A stretch of DNA of 43,617 bases from Candidatus Collierbacteria bacterium (GTDB taxonomy: Bacteria; Patescibacteriota; Microgenomatia; UBA1400; MFAQ01): contig JAHFKQ010000001.1 in the NCBI GenBank assembly GCA_023245265.1, positions 1 to 43,617 of the forward strand, read 5' to 3'. Below, piece after piece: positions 1 through 12,251 of the stretch (positions are counted from its first letter, which is position 1; the number at the start of each line of letters is the position of its first letter). The translations under genes were made by a program, and so were the position numbers. The notes beneath the pieces are model-generated. The model searched no databases. It saw only the letters and a program-made list of their open reading frames with translations, and was not told the DNA's origin.

Positions 1-63
1 TACTTTCTGGCCTCGTTTCAAGGCTCCTGGGAAGCCTGATGCGGCTTCCATCAGCTTGTCCAT
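1..63 (-). CDS. 5' end of a gene running off the window, possibly an S1 RNA-binding protein
   Basis: ATG at 63 with GGAGG about 10 nt upstream. MDKLMEAASGFPGALKRGQKV loosely resembles S1 N-termini. Only 21 codons are visible. Confidence 0.3.
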   Translation of the reverse strand, partial: MDKLMEAASGFPGALKRGQKV

Positions 64-186
64 GATGGACAAACCTCCTGTTTTTTTAATAATATTATCT
101 GATTTTTGAGAATTGCTCATTTATCATAAATTCCTTTCTTGTCTTTTAGACTTGCCTATTTTACCACAACCTAAACCTATTTAGGT

Positions 187-699
187 TCATTTAGACCCTA
201 GGCACTTCTCGGACCATCTCCCCAATTTTGCCTCTTTAGCCCTAGTTTCCAGCCCTTTCAGTCTTTGAATATACTCTGGGCTCGGTTTCAGTTTATCGTG
301 GACCTCAAAAGCCGTGTAGACCGTGGCTGCCCCGGTCGCGACCAGTTTATCCTCCACATTTTCCCCATCCACTAACACTTTGGCTAAGATCCGGCCATAA
401 CCGTCGTACCCCATTCGCTCGTAAGTGACGGACTTAGTCATCAGCTCTTTTTCAAGGACTCTGGTGGCTTCTTCAAAGTAGCATTCTTTCAGATCAGGCG
501 CATCTACTCCCCAGAGCCGAACCCGCCACTCACTTCCGTCTCTCAGACTCGTCACCCAAAAAGTATCTCCGTCCACCATCCGGCTATATCTTATTTTTTC
601 AAACCTCAAACCCTGCCAAAAGCCCAGCAATATTCCTAGCCCCACCCCCATCATCAACCAAACCAAAAACAGCCTGATATCGGCTCTTTTTTGTGCCAT
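187..699 (-). CDS. Membrane-anchored thermonuclease (SNase-like) family protein
   Basis: N-terminal TM; motifs VDGDTF, VRLWGVDAP, DGYGRILA and AKEAKLGRWS. Confidence 0.9.
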   Translation of the reverse strand: MAQKRADIRLFLVWLMMGVGLGILLGFWQGLRFEKIRYSRMVDGDTFWVTSLRDGSEWRVRLWGVDAPDLKECYFEEATRVLEKELMTKSVTYERMGYDGYGRILAKVLVDGENVEDKLVATGAATVYTAFEVHDKLKPSPEYIQRLKGLETRAKEAKLGRWSEKCLGSK

Positions 700-789
700 A
701 GTTTATCTTACACCGTGCCCCTCCCACCCCGAGTGTTACAATATCCGAGATCTTAGCGCTCTTATTCTGCCCCAAAGGAGTTTTGACAA

Positions 790-1266
790 ATGAAAGAAAT
801 CTTGTTGACTATTTTGGCTTTCTGTTTGGTTATCTTCAGCCTCTACTTTCCCTTCCGAATTGCCTACCTGGACAATCAACCCAAACAGGTGACGGTTGGA
901 CCCAACCAAACCTATACCTGGGCCTCTGACCAGCTGCTCACCCGTTCACTCGAAACCACATTTTCACTCAAAAGTCCCGCCTATTTCGAACTCAGACAGG
1001 GTGAAATTGTCAAACAAGCTGTTTATGAAACCCCGGTTATCGGAGAAACAAATGGCCTATACTGGATTCGCGACTTCCCTATGACCGGAACTTGGGCCAC
1101 CTCGGCTCAAGTGACCATTTTCAGTTTAGAAGAGTCCTCGTTCACCATTTCGGCTACTTTCTGGTATAAATTCATCAACTACTTTCTGGCTGTGGCCTTT
1201 TGCGCCATCCTACTACTTATTTCTTTGATTATTCTTGTTTGGTTAGACAGTGTCATACCCGGATAG
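790..1266 (+). CDS. Hypothetical membrane protein with N- and C-terminal TM helices
   Basis: SD AAGGAG at 775-780; paralogous to the next gene. Confidence 0.75.
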   Translation: MKEILLTILAFCLVIFSLYFPFRIAYLDNQPKQVTVGPNQTYTWASDQLLTRSLETTFSLKSPAYFELRQGEIVKQAVYETPVIGETNGLYWIRDFPMTGTWATSAQVTIFSLEESSFTISATFWYKFINYFLAVAFCAILLLISLIILVWLDSVIPG

Positions 1267-1292
1267 TCGGACAAAAAGGAGACTTAGACAAG

Positions 1293-1751
1293 ATGGACAA
1301 TTCTACCCGTGTATTCCTGTGGTTGGTGATACTTATTATCGTGGGTATTGGCAGTTTTTTTGGAGCCAAAACGACGAGAACATACATCGTGACCGTGAGT
1401 CCTCATACCACTTACCAGTGGTATGCAGATCAAAGCTCGGTTTTACAAGGTGATGGTCAAACCCACCTTTACTTTAAAAGTGACCTCGGCAATTTCACCG
1501 TTTATGATCAAGATGGACTATTCGTCACCACCGGGCAGCCTTTACCAATGTTGCCGGGTGACACCAAACAAATTTTCACCGCCGATTTTGTACTTCAATC
1601 GGGTTACCAGTACTTTTTATCAGATAACGAAGCCAACCTTTACACTTTAAAACCGTCTGAGTTGCACTTTACCACTCAGAGATATTGGTTCTACATTGTC
1701 TTATATATCTGCGTCATATTATTTTGCGTTACCATATTCATTGTTCTTTAG
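1293..1751 (+). CDS. Hypothetical membrane protein, paralog of 790-1266
   Basis: ATG 1293 with SD AAGGAG at 1276-1281; VTVSPHTTYQWYADQ versus VTVGPNQTYTWASDQ. Confidence 0.75.
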   Translation: MDNSTRVFLWLVILIIVGIGSFFGAKTTRTYIVTVSPHTTYQWYADQSSVLQGDGQTHLYFKSDLGNFTVYDQDGLFVTTGQPLPMLPGDTKQIFTADFVLQSGYQYFLSDNEANLYTLKPSELHFTTQRYWFYIVLYICVILFCVTIFIVL

Positions 1752-1761
1752 GTATTACCCT

Positions 1762-1786
1762 CCCCGCCACTCGGCGGGGTTTTTTG
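1762..1786 (+). terminator. Intrinsic terminator
   Basis: CCCCGCC-actc-GGCGGGG followed by a T-run. Confidence 0.85.
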
Positions 1787-1815
1787 ATACAAAAAATCTA
1801 CATCAGTTCTATTGG

Positions 1816-1966
1816 TTTCGTTGCGCATTCCCGTAATAAAAATATTGCGCAATGTCAAAAAGCCGGTTTTTGTGTACTCACAAAATTTTTGACGGCAAGC
1901 AAGAACGGCGATCACGCTGGGTGATCGAGCGTTCGGTTTTTATGAAGGGAATGCGCAAATAGAAAC
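1816..1966. repeat. About 150-bp multi-stem palindromic element (MITE/RPE-like or ncRNA)
   Basis: Outer stem TTGCGCATTCCC (1821-1832) / GGGAATGCGCAA; inner stems GTCAAAAA/TTTTTGAC, TTTTGTG/CACAAAA and CGATCAC/GTGATCG. Confidence 0.7.
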
Positions 1967-1989
1967 TAGAAATCCTTAATTTTTAATCA

Positions 1990-2022
1990 CAAAAAAACCA
2001 GCCTTTCGGTTGGTTTTTTTGT
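1990..2022 (-). terminator. Terminator of the tRNA-Ala-23S-5S transcript (bidirectional shape)
   Basis: A-run, CCAGCC-tttc-GGTTGG, T-run immediately after 5S. Confidence 0.85.
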
Positions 2023-2024
2023 TT

Positions 2025-2142
2025 GCCCGGCGATGATCTACTTTCGCAATCAGTTGCCCAATCACTATCATCGACGCTGACCTGTTTCACTTCTCTGTTC
2101 GAAATGGGAAGAGGTGGTTCCAAGTCGCACAAATCACCGGAC
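2025..2142 (-). rRNA. rrf: 5S rRNA
   Basis: Reverse complement has the 5S core CCCATTTCGAACAGAGAAGTGAAAC and paired CCGGTGAT/ATCGCCGG ends. Confidence 0.95.
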
Positions 2143-2260
2143 AGGAAAAGGGTCGATGCGACAATCCCTTTCCTGTCAGGTAATAAGTAAATTTTAAACT
2201 ACTTAGGATATTACTCCCTGAATAGTGAATAGATTTGCAAAAAGATAGCACGAGTAATAT

Positions 2261-5481
<3,221 letters not shown>

Positions 5482-5531
5482 ATACTATTTTGCTTCAAAT
5501 TTGAATTTGAATTCGTGCGATCTACTTGCAT

Positions 5532-5554
5532 AATCTATTCACTTTTCAAGGAAC
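5532..5554 (-). promoter_or_regulatory. boxA-like element and 5' arm of the 23S processing stem
   Basis: GTTCCTTGAAAA then GTGAATAGATT; 5532-5543 is the reverse complement of 2224-2235 flanking the 23S 3' end. Confidence 0.75.
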
Positions 5555-5630
5555 AATCCTGAGCTCCAAGAGCTCGTGGTTGATTCTAAGGCGCTCTAGC
5601 CTCAGAGTCAATCACCAGATCTCGGTCCTG

Positions 5631-5703
5631 TGGACCGTGCCGGACTCGAACCGGCCACCTCTACATTGCAAATGTAGCGCTCTACCAGATGAGCTAACGG
5701 CCC
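5631..5703 (-). tRNA. tRNA-Ala(TGC), CCA not encoded
   Basis: Cloverleaf GGGCCGT...ACGGTCCA; anticodon arm CTACA-tt-TGC-aa-TGTAG; G3:U70 pair. Confidence 0.97.
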
Positions 5704-5708
5704 GATAA

Positions 5709-5732
5709 GAAAAAAGTCCGCCTTTAGCGGAC
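5709..5732 (-). terminator. Terminator-like hairpin immediately upstream of tRNA-Ala
   Basis: AGTCCGC-taaag-GCGGACT followed by a T-run ending about 6 nt before the tRNA. Confidence 0.7.
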
Positions 5733-5820
5733 TGAATACGACCAAAGCGGCAAAAAACCTAGGGGGCTTTTGTGCTCACTGTTCGGTTTATCTTCATATT
5801 GTCTGCTAAGGACAACTGAA

Positions 5821-5849
5821 AGTATACCAAATACCGTATCAATACACAA
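5821..5849 (-). promoter_or_regulatory. Sigma70 promoter for tRNA-Ala-23S-5S
   Basis: TTGTGT-17 nt-TATACT with extended -10 TG. Confidence 0.7.
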
Positions 5850-5881
5850 GTTGAATTCTTGCCTACCTCAGGCTCAGCCGC

Positions 5882-6628
5882 CTACTGTAGTTCCCAGACC
5901 ACCGTCATCGACTTGCTGATTGTGGTTGTTCCGGACTCTGCCGGCATTCCTCCCCCCCCGCCAATACCATCCATTTTGGCCATCGGATAATATAGCCCTG
6001 AAGATTGATATCCTTCCGTCACCGAAATAGCCTTCCCTAAAGTGGCTCCGGTAGCCTTAGCCATCACTTCAGCCTTGGTTCGGGCGTCTTTTAGAGCCTC
6101 TTCGGTCAGCTTATCCGCCGCTTTCTTGCTGGTATCCAGCTGAAAGTTGGGTCCATAGATATTTGTCGCTCCATTTTTACTGAGTATGTCAGCCAAAGCT
6201 CCGGCTCGGTTCACATCTCGGAGGGTCACTTCTATCGTGTTCCCCACATTCCATTGCCCTGGTCGTTGCTTGGAAACCCCATTATCATAGTAAGTTTCTG
6301 AGTACTGGTTCACACTCATCGATTGAGTAATAATGTCGCTGGGGTCAATGCCAAAGTCCTTTGCCGCTTGAGTAATAGCCGCGATTTTCGAGTTTACCTC
6401 TTTAATCGCCGTCTCTCGATTGTCATTGGTCGCGTTCACTCCGGCCGAGAATTTAGCAATCTGATTCTTCTCCTTTGACTCGGCCGTGCCGGTCACCGTC
6501 AGCGTCCTCACCGGCTCCATCACAATACGGCCCCAAGTGATGCTTTTCCATGGGAAGAAGAAAATGACGGCTGCGAAAAAACCTACTCCGAACACGATCC
6601 AGGCCAGTTTGGCAAAGTCTTTCATCAT
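5882..6628 (-). CDS. SIMPL (DUF541) domain protein
   Basis: N-terminal TM; TLTVTGTA and ALKDARTKAEVMAKATGATLG patterns. Confidence 0.9.
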   Translation of the reverse strand: MMKDFAKLAWIVFGVGFFAAVIFFFPWKSITWGRIVMEPVRTLTVTGTAESKEKNQIAKFSAGVNATNDNRETAIKEVNSKIAAITQAAKDFGIDPSDIITQSMSVNQYSETYYDNGVSKQRPGQWNVGNTIEVTLRDVNRAGALADILSKNGATNIYGPNFQLDTSKKAADKLTEEALKDARTKAEVMAKATGATLGKAISVTEGYQSSGLYYPMAKMDGIGGGGGMPAESGTTTISKSMTVVWELQ

Positions 6629-6718
6629 AACTTCACTTTATCATTTTCCTCTATATTTATCAAAATCCCTCTTATATGAGATAAAATACCCCCAGCAGTT
6701 CCTTAAAATGGAGGTTTT

Positions 6719-6991
6719 ATGTCCCCCAAGTCTTTGTATAAAATGACCCTCACCTTTTGTTTTACCTCAGAGCGATTCTTGGACCAAGCCATCGGTATTT
6801 TTAACTCTTGGTGTGCCTCTCAGCCCGAAAAGAAGAAACGCTACGGTTTTATCAGGACCAATCAAGTCACGGGGTTTTTCTACTTTTATTCATCCGGACC
6901 CTTGGTTTCTCGCACCGAATCACTTCACAAAGTTCTTGAAGCGGCCGGAAATTTAGACCTGATCAAAACCAAGTTTGAATCTTTTGCCTAG
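6719..6991 (+). CDS. Hypothetical protein (90 aa)
   Basis: -10 TAAAAT at 6682, SD GGAGG at 6710-6714. Confidence 0.65.
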   Translation: MSPKSLYKMTLTFCFTSERFLDQAIGIFNSWCASQPEKKKRYGFIRTNQVTGFFYFYSSGPLVSRTESLHKVLEAAGNLDLIKTKFESFA

Positions 6992-6999
6992 TTAGTGTA

Positions 7000-7028
7000 T
7001 TGACAACACCTTTTTTGGCGTTTAAAAT
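7000..7028 (+). promoter_or_regulatory. Sigma70 promoter
   Basis: TTGACA-17-TAAAAT. Confidence 0.8.
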
Positions 7029-7078
7029 CACTTTAGCTAGACGCTCCTTAAATCAAATTCCACTCTTCAGGAGAACAT

Positions 7079-7909
7079 ATGTCCCTCACTTCTATTGCTC
7101 CTTCGTCACAAGATATTTTTAGAGTTATCCTGGTCAATATCGATAACCAAAGGGATTTTGTGAATAAAAATGGCCTTCTTTCTGTCCCCGGAGCCGATGT
7201 GGCGGCCCTTCGAGCCGCCCGGTTTATTGATACCCACCACGACCGGCTTACCACCATTCTGTCTTCCATGGATAAGCACGGCCTCAAACATATTTTTCTC
7301 GCCTCTTGGTGGGTGAACGCTGATGGTGCACTTCCACCTGAATACACCAACATCACCTATCAAGACATTCAAAACAAAATCTGGATGCCCCGTTTTGACA
7401 AGCAATGGTCAGAGGACTATGTTCGGTCACTCCAGAGCATCACCATCTGGCCGGTTCACTGTGTAGCAGGCACCCCGGGCAGCGAAATTGTGCCGGTTGT
7501 CGCCGAAGCGATTGCTCGACACAGTTTACTTCGCCGAGCGGTTCACCTTCAGGTTCACAAAGGCCAAAATCTTCGAACCGAGCATTATGGTTTGTTCGGA
7601 GCTGAGGTCGAAGATCCAAAAGATCCTGGTACCAAGTTGAATACCGATCTTATGAGAGATATCTCCGGCTATAACCGCAGCTACTGGCTCGGTCAAGAAG
7701 CCAATCACTGTGTCCGTCGTTCCCTCGAGCAATACATCGCTTGGTGTGAAGAGTTCAATCCGGAAGCCATCCACCGCATGCGCTATGTCACCGACTGTGT
7801 CAGCCTACTTCCTCACGGGGCAGAGTATCAAGCCGATGCCGAGCGTTCTTTGTTTGACATGGTCCAAAAAGGTATGCTTTTGGTCAACAGCTCAGACCAA
7901 ATCATCTAA
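7079..7909 (+). CDS. pncA: Nicotinamidase-like cysteine hydrolase (isochorismatase family)
   Basis: IDNQRDF, G-x-LSVPGA, DKH, WPVHCVAGTPG, KG and GQEANHCV motifs. Confidence 0.8.
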   Translation: MSLTSIAPSSQDIFRVILVNIDNQRDFVNKNGLLSVPGADVAALRAARFIDTHHDRLTTILSSMDKHGLKHIFLASWWVNADGALPPEYTNITYQDIQNKIWMPRFDKQWSEDYVRSLQSITIWPVHCVAGTPGSEIVPVVAEAIARHSLLRRAVHLQVHKGQNLRTEHYGLFGAEVEDPKDPGTKLNTDLMRDISGYNRSYWLGQEANHCVRRSLEQYIAWCEEFNPEAIHRMRYVTDCVSLLPHGAEYQADAERSLFDMVQKGMLLVNSSDQII

Positions 7910-7930
7910 ACCTCTCTTTCTTATTACACC

Positions 7931-7957
7931 AACCCTCCCCAAAAAGGAGGGTTTTTT
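7931..7957 (+). terminator. Intrinsic terminator
   Basis: AACCCTCC...GGAGGGTT plus T-run. Confidence 0.8.
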
Positions 7958-8594
7958 AATCCAAAAACTTCTCCATTTCTCCAAAGTCTTTAAAGACAAA
8001 TGCCGGTCCAAAGTTTACTTGTCCCTCTTTCCCGTAATATTCTTGATATCGGTCCGGGAAATATAGTCCTGTCCTTACTCCCACTCTTCTGCCGGCCATA
8101 ATATCTTTACCATTGTCGCCCACCATTACCGTTTCTTCCGGTTTCCCTTGCATGAGTTTCAAAGCTTTATAAACCGCCTCCGGGTCAGGCTTGACGAACT
8201 CCACATCTTCTTTGCCGAGAAATACATCCACTAAATCTCTTAGTCCGTTATTTCGGAGAGCGGTTTTGACCCACCGTTTCCGAGAAGCGGTGATAATACC
8301 GATTTTCCCGCCCTCCATTTTTATTTTTTTCAAAAGTTCCATTGCTCCAGGGTTGAGTGTTACCGAATTAAGTTTTTCGATCACTTCCGCCTCCACTTCG
8401 GCAAAAAAAGCTTCACTATTGGTAATCCCCAGCCGGGCCGGTCCGTCCCAATCACCAATTACTTCATTGCCAATTTTTTCATACTCCACTTCGATACCAT
8501 GTTTAGCAAAGACTTTTTTAAAACCGGCAAACCAAATTGGCAGGGTATCAGCCAAGCTTCCATCCCAGTCGAACAAAAAATATTTATATCTCAT
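7956..8594 (-). CDS. HAD-family phosphatase (PpaX/Gph-like)
   Basis: FDWDGSLADT, KPDPE and VGDNGKD motifs. Confidence 0.92.
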   Translation of the reverse strand: MRYKYFLFDWDGSLADTLPIWFAGFKKVFAKHGIEVEYEKIGNEVIGDWDGPARLGITNSEAFFAEVEAEVIEKLNSVTLNPGAMELLKKIKMEGGKIGIITASRKRWVKTALRNNGLRDLVDVFLGKEDVEFVKPDPEAVYKALKLMQGKPEETVMVGDNGKDIMAGRRVGVRTGLYFPDRYQEYYGKEGQVNFGPAFVFKDFGEMEKFLD

Positions 8595-8626
8595 GCCTTC
8601 ATTTTAACCCCTCCTATCTCAATTCT

Positions 8627-9106
8627 TTACCTCAAATCACCACAGGCCGTACTCACCGCCACTCTTTCGTCTGATTCATGAACATTTACTGCCAAAGGCA
8701 AATCGGCAAATAAATCTGCCATACTCACCGAGATAACCGTCTCTGCTTTTCCGTTGATCACTTTATTTAGTGGATACTTCACCACTCCGGTATTTGGACA
8801 CTTACCGACATGAACATGCGACGGTTGTGGCGACGGATACTTGGTCCCAATCATACTTATAGTCACTTTTGTTTTATCCCCAACCGCCACAAATTCCGCC
8901 ATTCCACTCTGCCCCGATAACCCTGTTTGTTCCAAAACTATCGCCTTAGAAACCAAGGTTGGTGTGGGCGAAACCACGGTGGTAGGTACCACTGCCTCTT
9001 CCACGCTCGGCAACACCACTGCTTTATTATTGCCCATCCAAATCATCCAAAATCCAATCGCCAAAATCAAAAGGATCATGAATGTCCCCGGAGTATTTTT
9101 TGACAT
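8627..9106 (-). CDS. Membrane-anchored CHRD / Cu-Zn SOD-like fold protein
   Basis: TM, Pro/Thr linker, QPSHVHVGKCP, AVNVHES and ACGD; start codon uncertain. Confidence 0.65.
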   Translation of the reverse strand: MSKNTPGTFMILLILAIGFWMIWMGNNKAVVLPSVEEAVVPTTVVSPTPTLVSKAIVLEQTGLSGQSGMAEFVAVGDKTKVTISMIGTKYPSPQPSHVHVGKCPNTGVVKYPLNKVINGKAETVISVSMADLFADLPLAVNVHESDERVAVSTACGDLR

Positions 9107-9194
9107 TTTTAATAATGATGATAATAAATTAATGATACTCATAGCCATGGTTTTGTCAATATTCTTACAAATAACGCTCGTTGTAAAATAACTA

Positions 9195-9812
9195 ATGGAA
9201 ATTATTTGTCTGACGGTCGGAGATTTGGCGACTCACTGCTATCTGGCCATTGATGAAGAAACACGGCAAACCCTCGTTATCGATCCGGGCGACGAAGGCG
9301 ACTTTCTCAGCACCACTATTTTAGAAAATAATCTGGTTCCTCAAGCCATTATTCTCACACATGGGCATTACGATCACTGTCTCGCCGCCCTAGAGCTCAA
9401 ACTCAATTTTTCCCTTCCCATTTATCTCCACCAAAAAGACTTATTTCTTTATGAGAAGGCTCATCTCTCGGCCAAGCATTTCTCACATATCGCTATTCCC
9501 AAGCTCCCTCCCATTGACCATTTTCTAAAAGACCAGGAAATTATCACTTTTGGTAATTCATCTCTCAAAGTTCTACATACTCCCGGCCACACCCCTGGTT
9601 CGGTTTGCCTCTACTCTGCTCGTTCTCTTTTCAGCGGCGATACTCTCTTCGTCAACGGTGTCGGTAGTACTGACCATCAGTACTCCTCCGCCAGCGACCT
9701 GAAAAAATCCTTCGCCAAGATCAAGCCATTTTCTACTAACTCACTAATTTATCCGGGCCACGAAGATTTTGGCCTGCCACTTGTCGCCACACCTCCTCAT
9801 CTCTTTTCTTAA
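9195..9812 (+). CDS. MBL-fold metallohydrolase (glyoxalase II-like)
   Basis: THGHYDH, HTPGHTPG, SGDTLF and YPGH motifs. Confidence 0.93.
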   Translation: MEIICLTVGDLATHCYLAIDEETRQTLVIDPGDEGDFLSTTILENNLVPQAIILTHGHYDHCLAALELKLNFSLPIYLHQKDLFLYEKAHLSAKHFSHIAIPKLPPIDHFLKDQEIITFGNSSLKVLHTPGHTPGSVCLYSARSLFSGDTLFVNGVGSTDHQYSSASDLKKSFAKIKPFSTNSLIYPGHEDFGLPLVATPPHLFS

Positions 9813-10598
9813 TTTGATCCAGGATAAAGTCTTCGGCCCCATTCGACTCCATCAACTTTTTTGTCGCGAAAAAATTCAAGTCAAACTGCCACGAATACCA
9901 GCACAAAAAAACATCTATCTGAGTTTTCATCTCTTTTTTGGGCACCAGTCGTCCTTCCAAGAATGCCCTTAAGGCGCCTGGGGTTACTTTACCTTCCGGC
10001 AGTTTAAACTCCTGAATATGGTAGTGAAAATACGAAAGCAATCCCAGTTTGTCGGCGTCTCGGATAAATCTTCCATATAGTTCTCCGGCAAAATAATCCA
10101 ATCGGCTATGGTTTTTTACCGCCTCAGCTAAGACCTTGCCGTCTATCCCCAACTGTGCCATTTTTGGCCAAGGATGGGACTGTAATATTTTGGCACCTTC
10201 CTTAGCATGGTCAAAACCGGTTTTGATATCCGAAAAACTCCCAAGCATCGCCTGTGGAAACCGTCCAAAATCATGAGCAAAGGTGACCGCTCCACCCATC
10301 CAAGGTTTCAATCTACATCCGTCTGTTGTGCCATAATCTCCAGCCCTGCCACAACCACCTCTCTGGTGTGAAGCACCTTTCTCAATATCATGTGCCTCAC
10401 ATCCCGACTCTGAGCCGCCATAAAATGTTCTTGCATTAAGTTCAGTCCAAACTCCAGCAGTTCATCGGGAATCATAAACTTCTCGGTTCCTTCACCCAAA
10501 AACAGTTCCTTTGTCCAGCGCTTCATAGCATCAACCTCAATATCAGGGTTTGCCAAAACCTCCAAATCGTTGTTATTCCTAATTTTCACAAGCCTCAT
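9736..10598 (-). pseudogene. HD-domain protein split by a 1-bp frameshift near 10308-10311
   Basis: Upstream ORF has KVLHTREV; downstream ORF has AHDFGRFPQ, DHA, NH and IRDADKL; junction GATTGAAACCTTGG. Confidence 0.75.
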
Positions 10599-10608
10599 TT
10601 TACCTTAC

Positions 10609-10637
10609 TTGACAATTCTACTATCTTGCCCTATAGT
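10609..10637 (+). promoter_or_regulatory. Sigma70 promoter overlapping a divergent -10 (TAGAAT)
   Basis: TTGACA-17-TATAGT. Confidence 0.8.
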
Positions 10638-10700
10638 AAACGAATCTTACTTTCGTACGCACCCTAAATCATTCCCTACCAATCCATTTCAAGGAGTCCC

Positions 10701-11354
10701 ATGGACATTAAGCAAATCAATGAGCTTGTGGCAGAAGGTATTCAGTTAACCAGGCTCTGGAACAATCCGGAGTCCACTGGCCGTTACTACCATAACGATG
10801 AACACGCAGAAATGGCACATAACTGCTTCTTCGAGATCGCCGTCAAGGCGAATTTGAATCAGCGCATCAGCTACGATGAGATCCTCCTCGGCCGCCTGGC
10901 TATAGCTTGGCATGATGTCATCCAAGGACAAGGGTCGACTCAAAACGAAACTAAAAGCGCCGACTTACTGGCCAAAGACATGGTCCGCTACGCCTTCTCC
11001 CCCGATCAGATTAACCAAGCCAGAGAGCTTATCCTTGGCACCATTACCAGTTTCGACGAGCAGGGCTATATGCATCAGAGCGCCGAACTAATTGCCACTC
11101 CGCTGGCTTTGCTTGTAGCCGACGCCGATCTCTGCTCACTCGGCGCTCCGGCACCCAAATTCGTCCTCATGTCCCAACGGCTGATTATGGAATTTGCCGG
11201 CAAAACCGATCTGAGCCCTGAAGAATGGCAAAAGGGCTGGGCTGGGCAAGTGAAGTTTATGACAGGCCGAACTTTTCTCACCCCTGAAGCCAACGAGCGC
11301 TGGGGACTGCGCTTAGGCCAAAACTTTGAGCTTGCCAAAACCCTGGCTCGATAA
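10701..11354 (+). CDS. HD-superfamily metal-dependent phosphohydrolase
   Basis: YYHNDEH, AWHDV, NETKSA and DADL motifs; SD AAGGAG. Confidence 0.88.
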   Translation: MDIKQINELVAEGIQLTRLWNNPESTGRYYHNDEHAEMAHNCFFEIAVKANLNQRISYDEILLGRLAIAWHDVIQGQGSTQNETKSADLLAKDMVRYAFSPDQINQARELILGTITSFDEQGYMHQSAELIATPLALLVADADLCSLGAPAPKFVLMSQRLIMEFAGKTDLSPEEWQKGWAGQVKFMTGRTFLTPEANERWGLRLGQNFELAKTLAR

Positions 11355-11374
11355 CCCGTCTCTCACTCTAATTT

Positions 11375-11398
11375 AGGCACCCGAAAGGGTGCCTTTTT
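11375..11398 (+). terminator. Intrinsic terminator
   Basis: AGGCACCC-gaaa-GGGTGCCT plus T-run. Confidence 0.85.
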
Positions 11399-11418
11399 CG
11401 TGCTATATTAAACTCACT

Positions 11419-12186
11419 ATGACCGAAGAACGACAAGCAATTTTTTCTAAACTTCAAAAACATTCCTGGTTCAAAGCCACCGATCCAAAGCTAATAGACG
11501 AACTATCCAACTTAGCCGAAGATTACAACCCTTTTCTTTCCGATCTCTCCGAAAGACCGGACGAAATTGGCGAGCTCGATGTTCTCAAGCTTGTCAAGAT
11601 AGGCCACGGTCACTACATGATTATGCCCGTTTTTGAGGTCAGATCAAATATCACCAACCAAATTTTTACCTACGAATACTGCAGCTGGAAGACAGGCCGC
11701 AACCCCGGCATGCGTGTCTTAATTTTTCTGGAAAGAGATGGCGAAATTACCCATTTTGTCATTACCAACTCCTACAAATTCTCCGTTGCTCACTCTGCTT
11801 ATGACAGTGTTGGTGGTCTTTATCTTCACATATTTGAAAACAAGATTGTGAACCTCCCCAAAAAAATCGAAAATGAGATCCGTTTCCACCTTGGAGTCGA
11901 GAAAATCGAGTTCAAAAAAGTCACTGATCTTGGCCGATGTCACCCCGATTACGGGATGAGTAACAATCAGTCCGACTTGTTCGCGGCCACCATCGATATT
12001 TCCCATCTTCCCAATCTCGTCGTCAAAGAAGACTTCCGTACTACCCACAAGCCAGTCGGGGTCGAGATTAAAATAGTCCCCATTTCCGAGCTCAGAGACT
12101 ATATTCTGAACCAAATCGAGGATAACTACTTCTTATCCGGCATCTCCCGGGTTCTGGTTCATCCCGATTTTAGTCTCCAGATCTAG
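11419..12186 (+). CDS. Degenerate NUDIX-fold protein A
   Basis: ADPRase-like pattern (KF..YDSVGG, DLG..PDYG..LFAA) without a REUxEE box; paralog of 15539-16333; ATG 11419 preferred because the listed start lies in a terminator. Confidence 0.65.
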   Translation: MTEERQAIFSKLQKHSWFKATDPKLIDELSNLAEDYNPFLSDLSERPDEIGELDVLKLVKIGHGHYMIMPVFEVRSNITNQIFTYEYCSWKTGRNPGMRVLIFLERDGEITHFVITNSYKFSVAHSAYDSVGGLYLHIFENKIVNLPKKIENEIRFHLGVEKIEFKKVTDLGRCHPDYGMSNNQSDLFAATIDISHLPNLVVKEDFRTTHKPVGVEIKIVPISELRDYILNQIEDNYFLSGISRVLVHPDFSLQI

Positions 12187-12190
12187 GCTC

Positions 12191-12251
12191 TTGACAGGAA
12201 AAGGAACCTATAGTATCATTATCCCAGACTTAAAAAGTTCGACATTTCAAA
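12191..12251 (+). promoter_or_regulatory. Promoter plus conserved leader motif, copy 1
   Basis: TTGACA-17-TATCAT then GACTTAAAAAGTTCGAC. Confidence 0.75.

Noticed and set aside
5704..5815. T-box riboswitch
   Set aside because: No GGTGGnACCGCG T-box sequence and the leader is too short for stem I
10308..10310. TGA read-through (genetic code 25) as the explanation for the split HD gene
   Set aside because: The downstream half is in a different frame, and TGA terminates other genes normally (for example at 187, 13149 and 34269)
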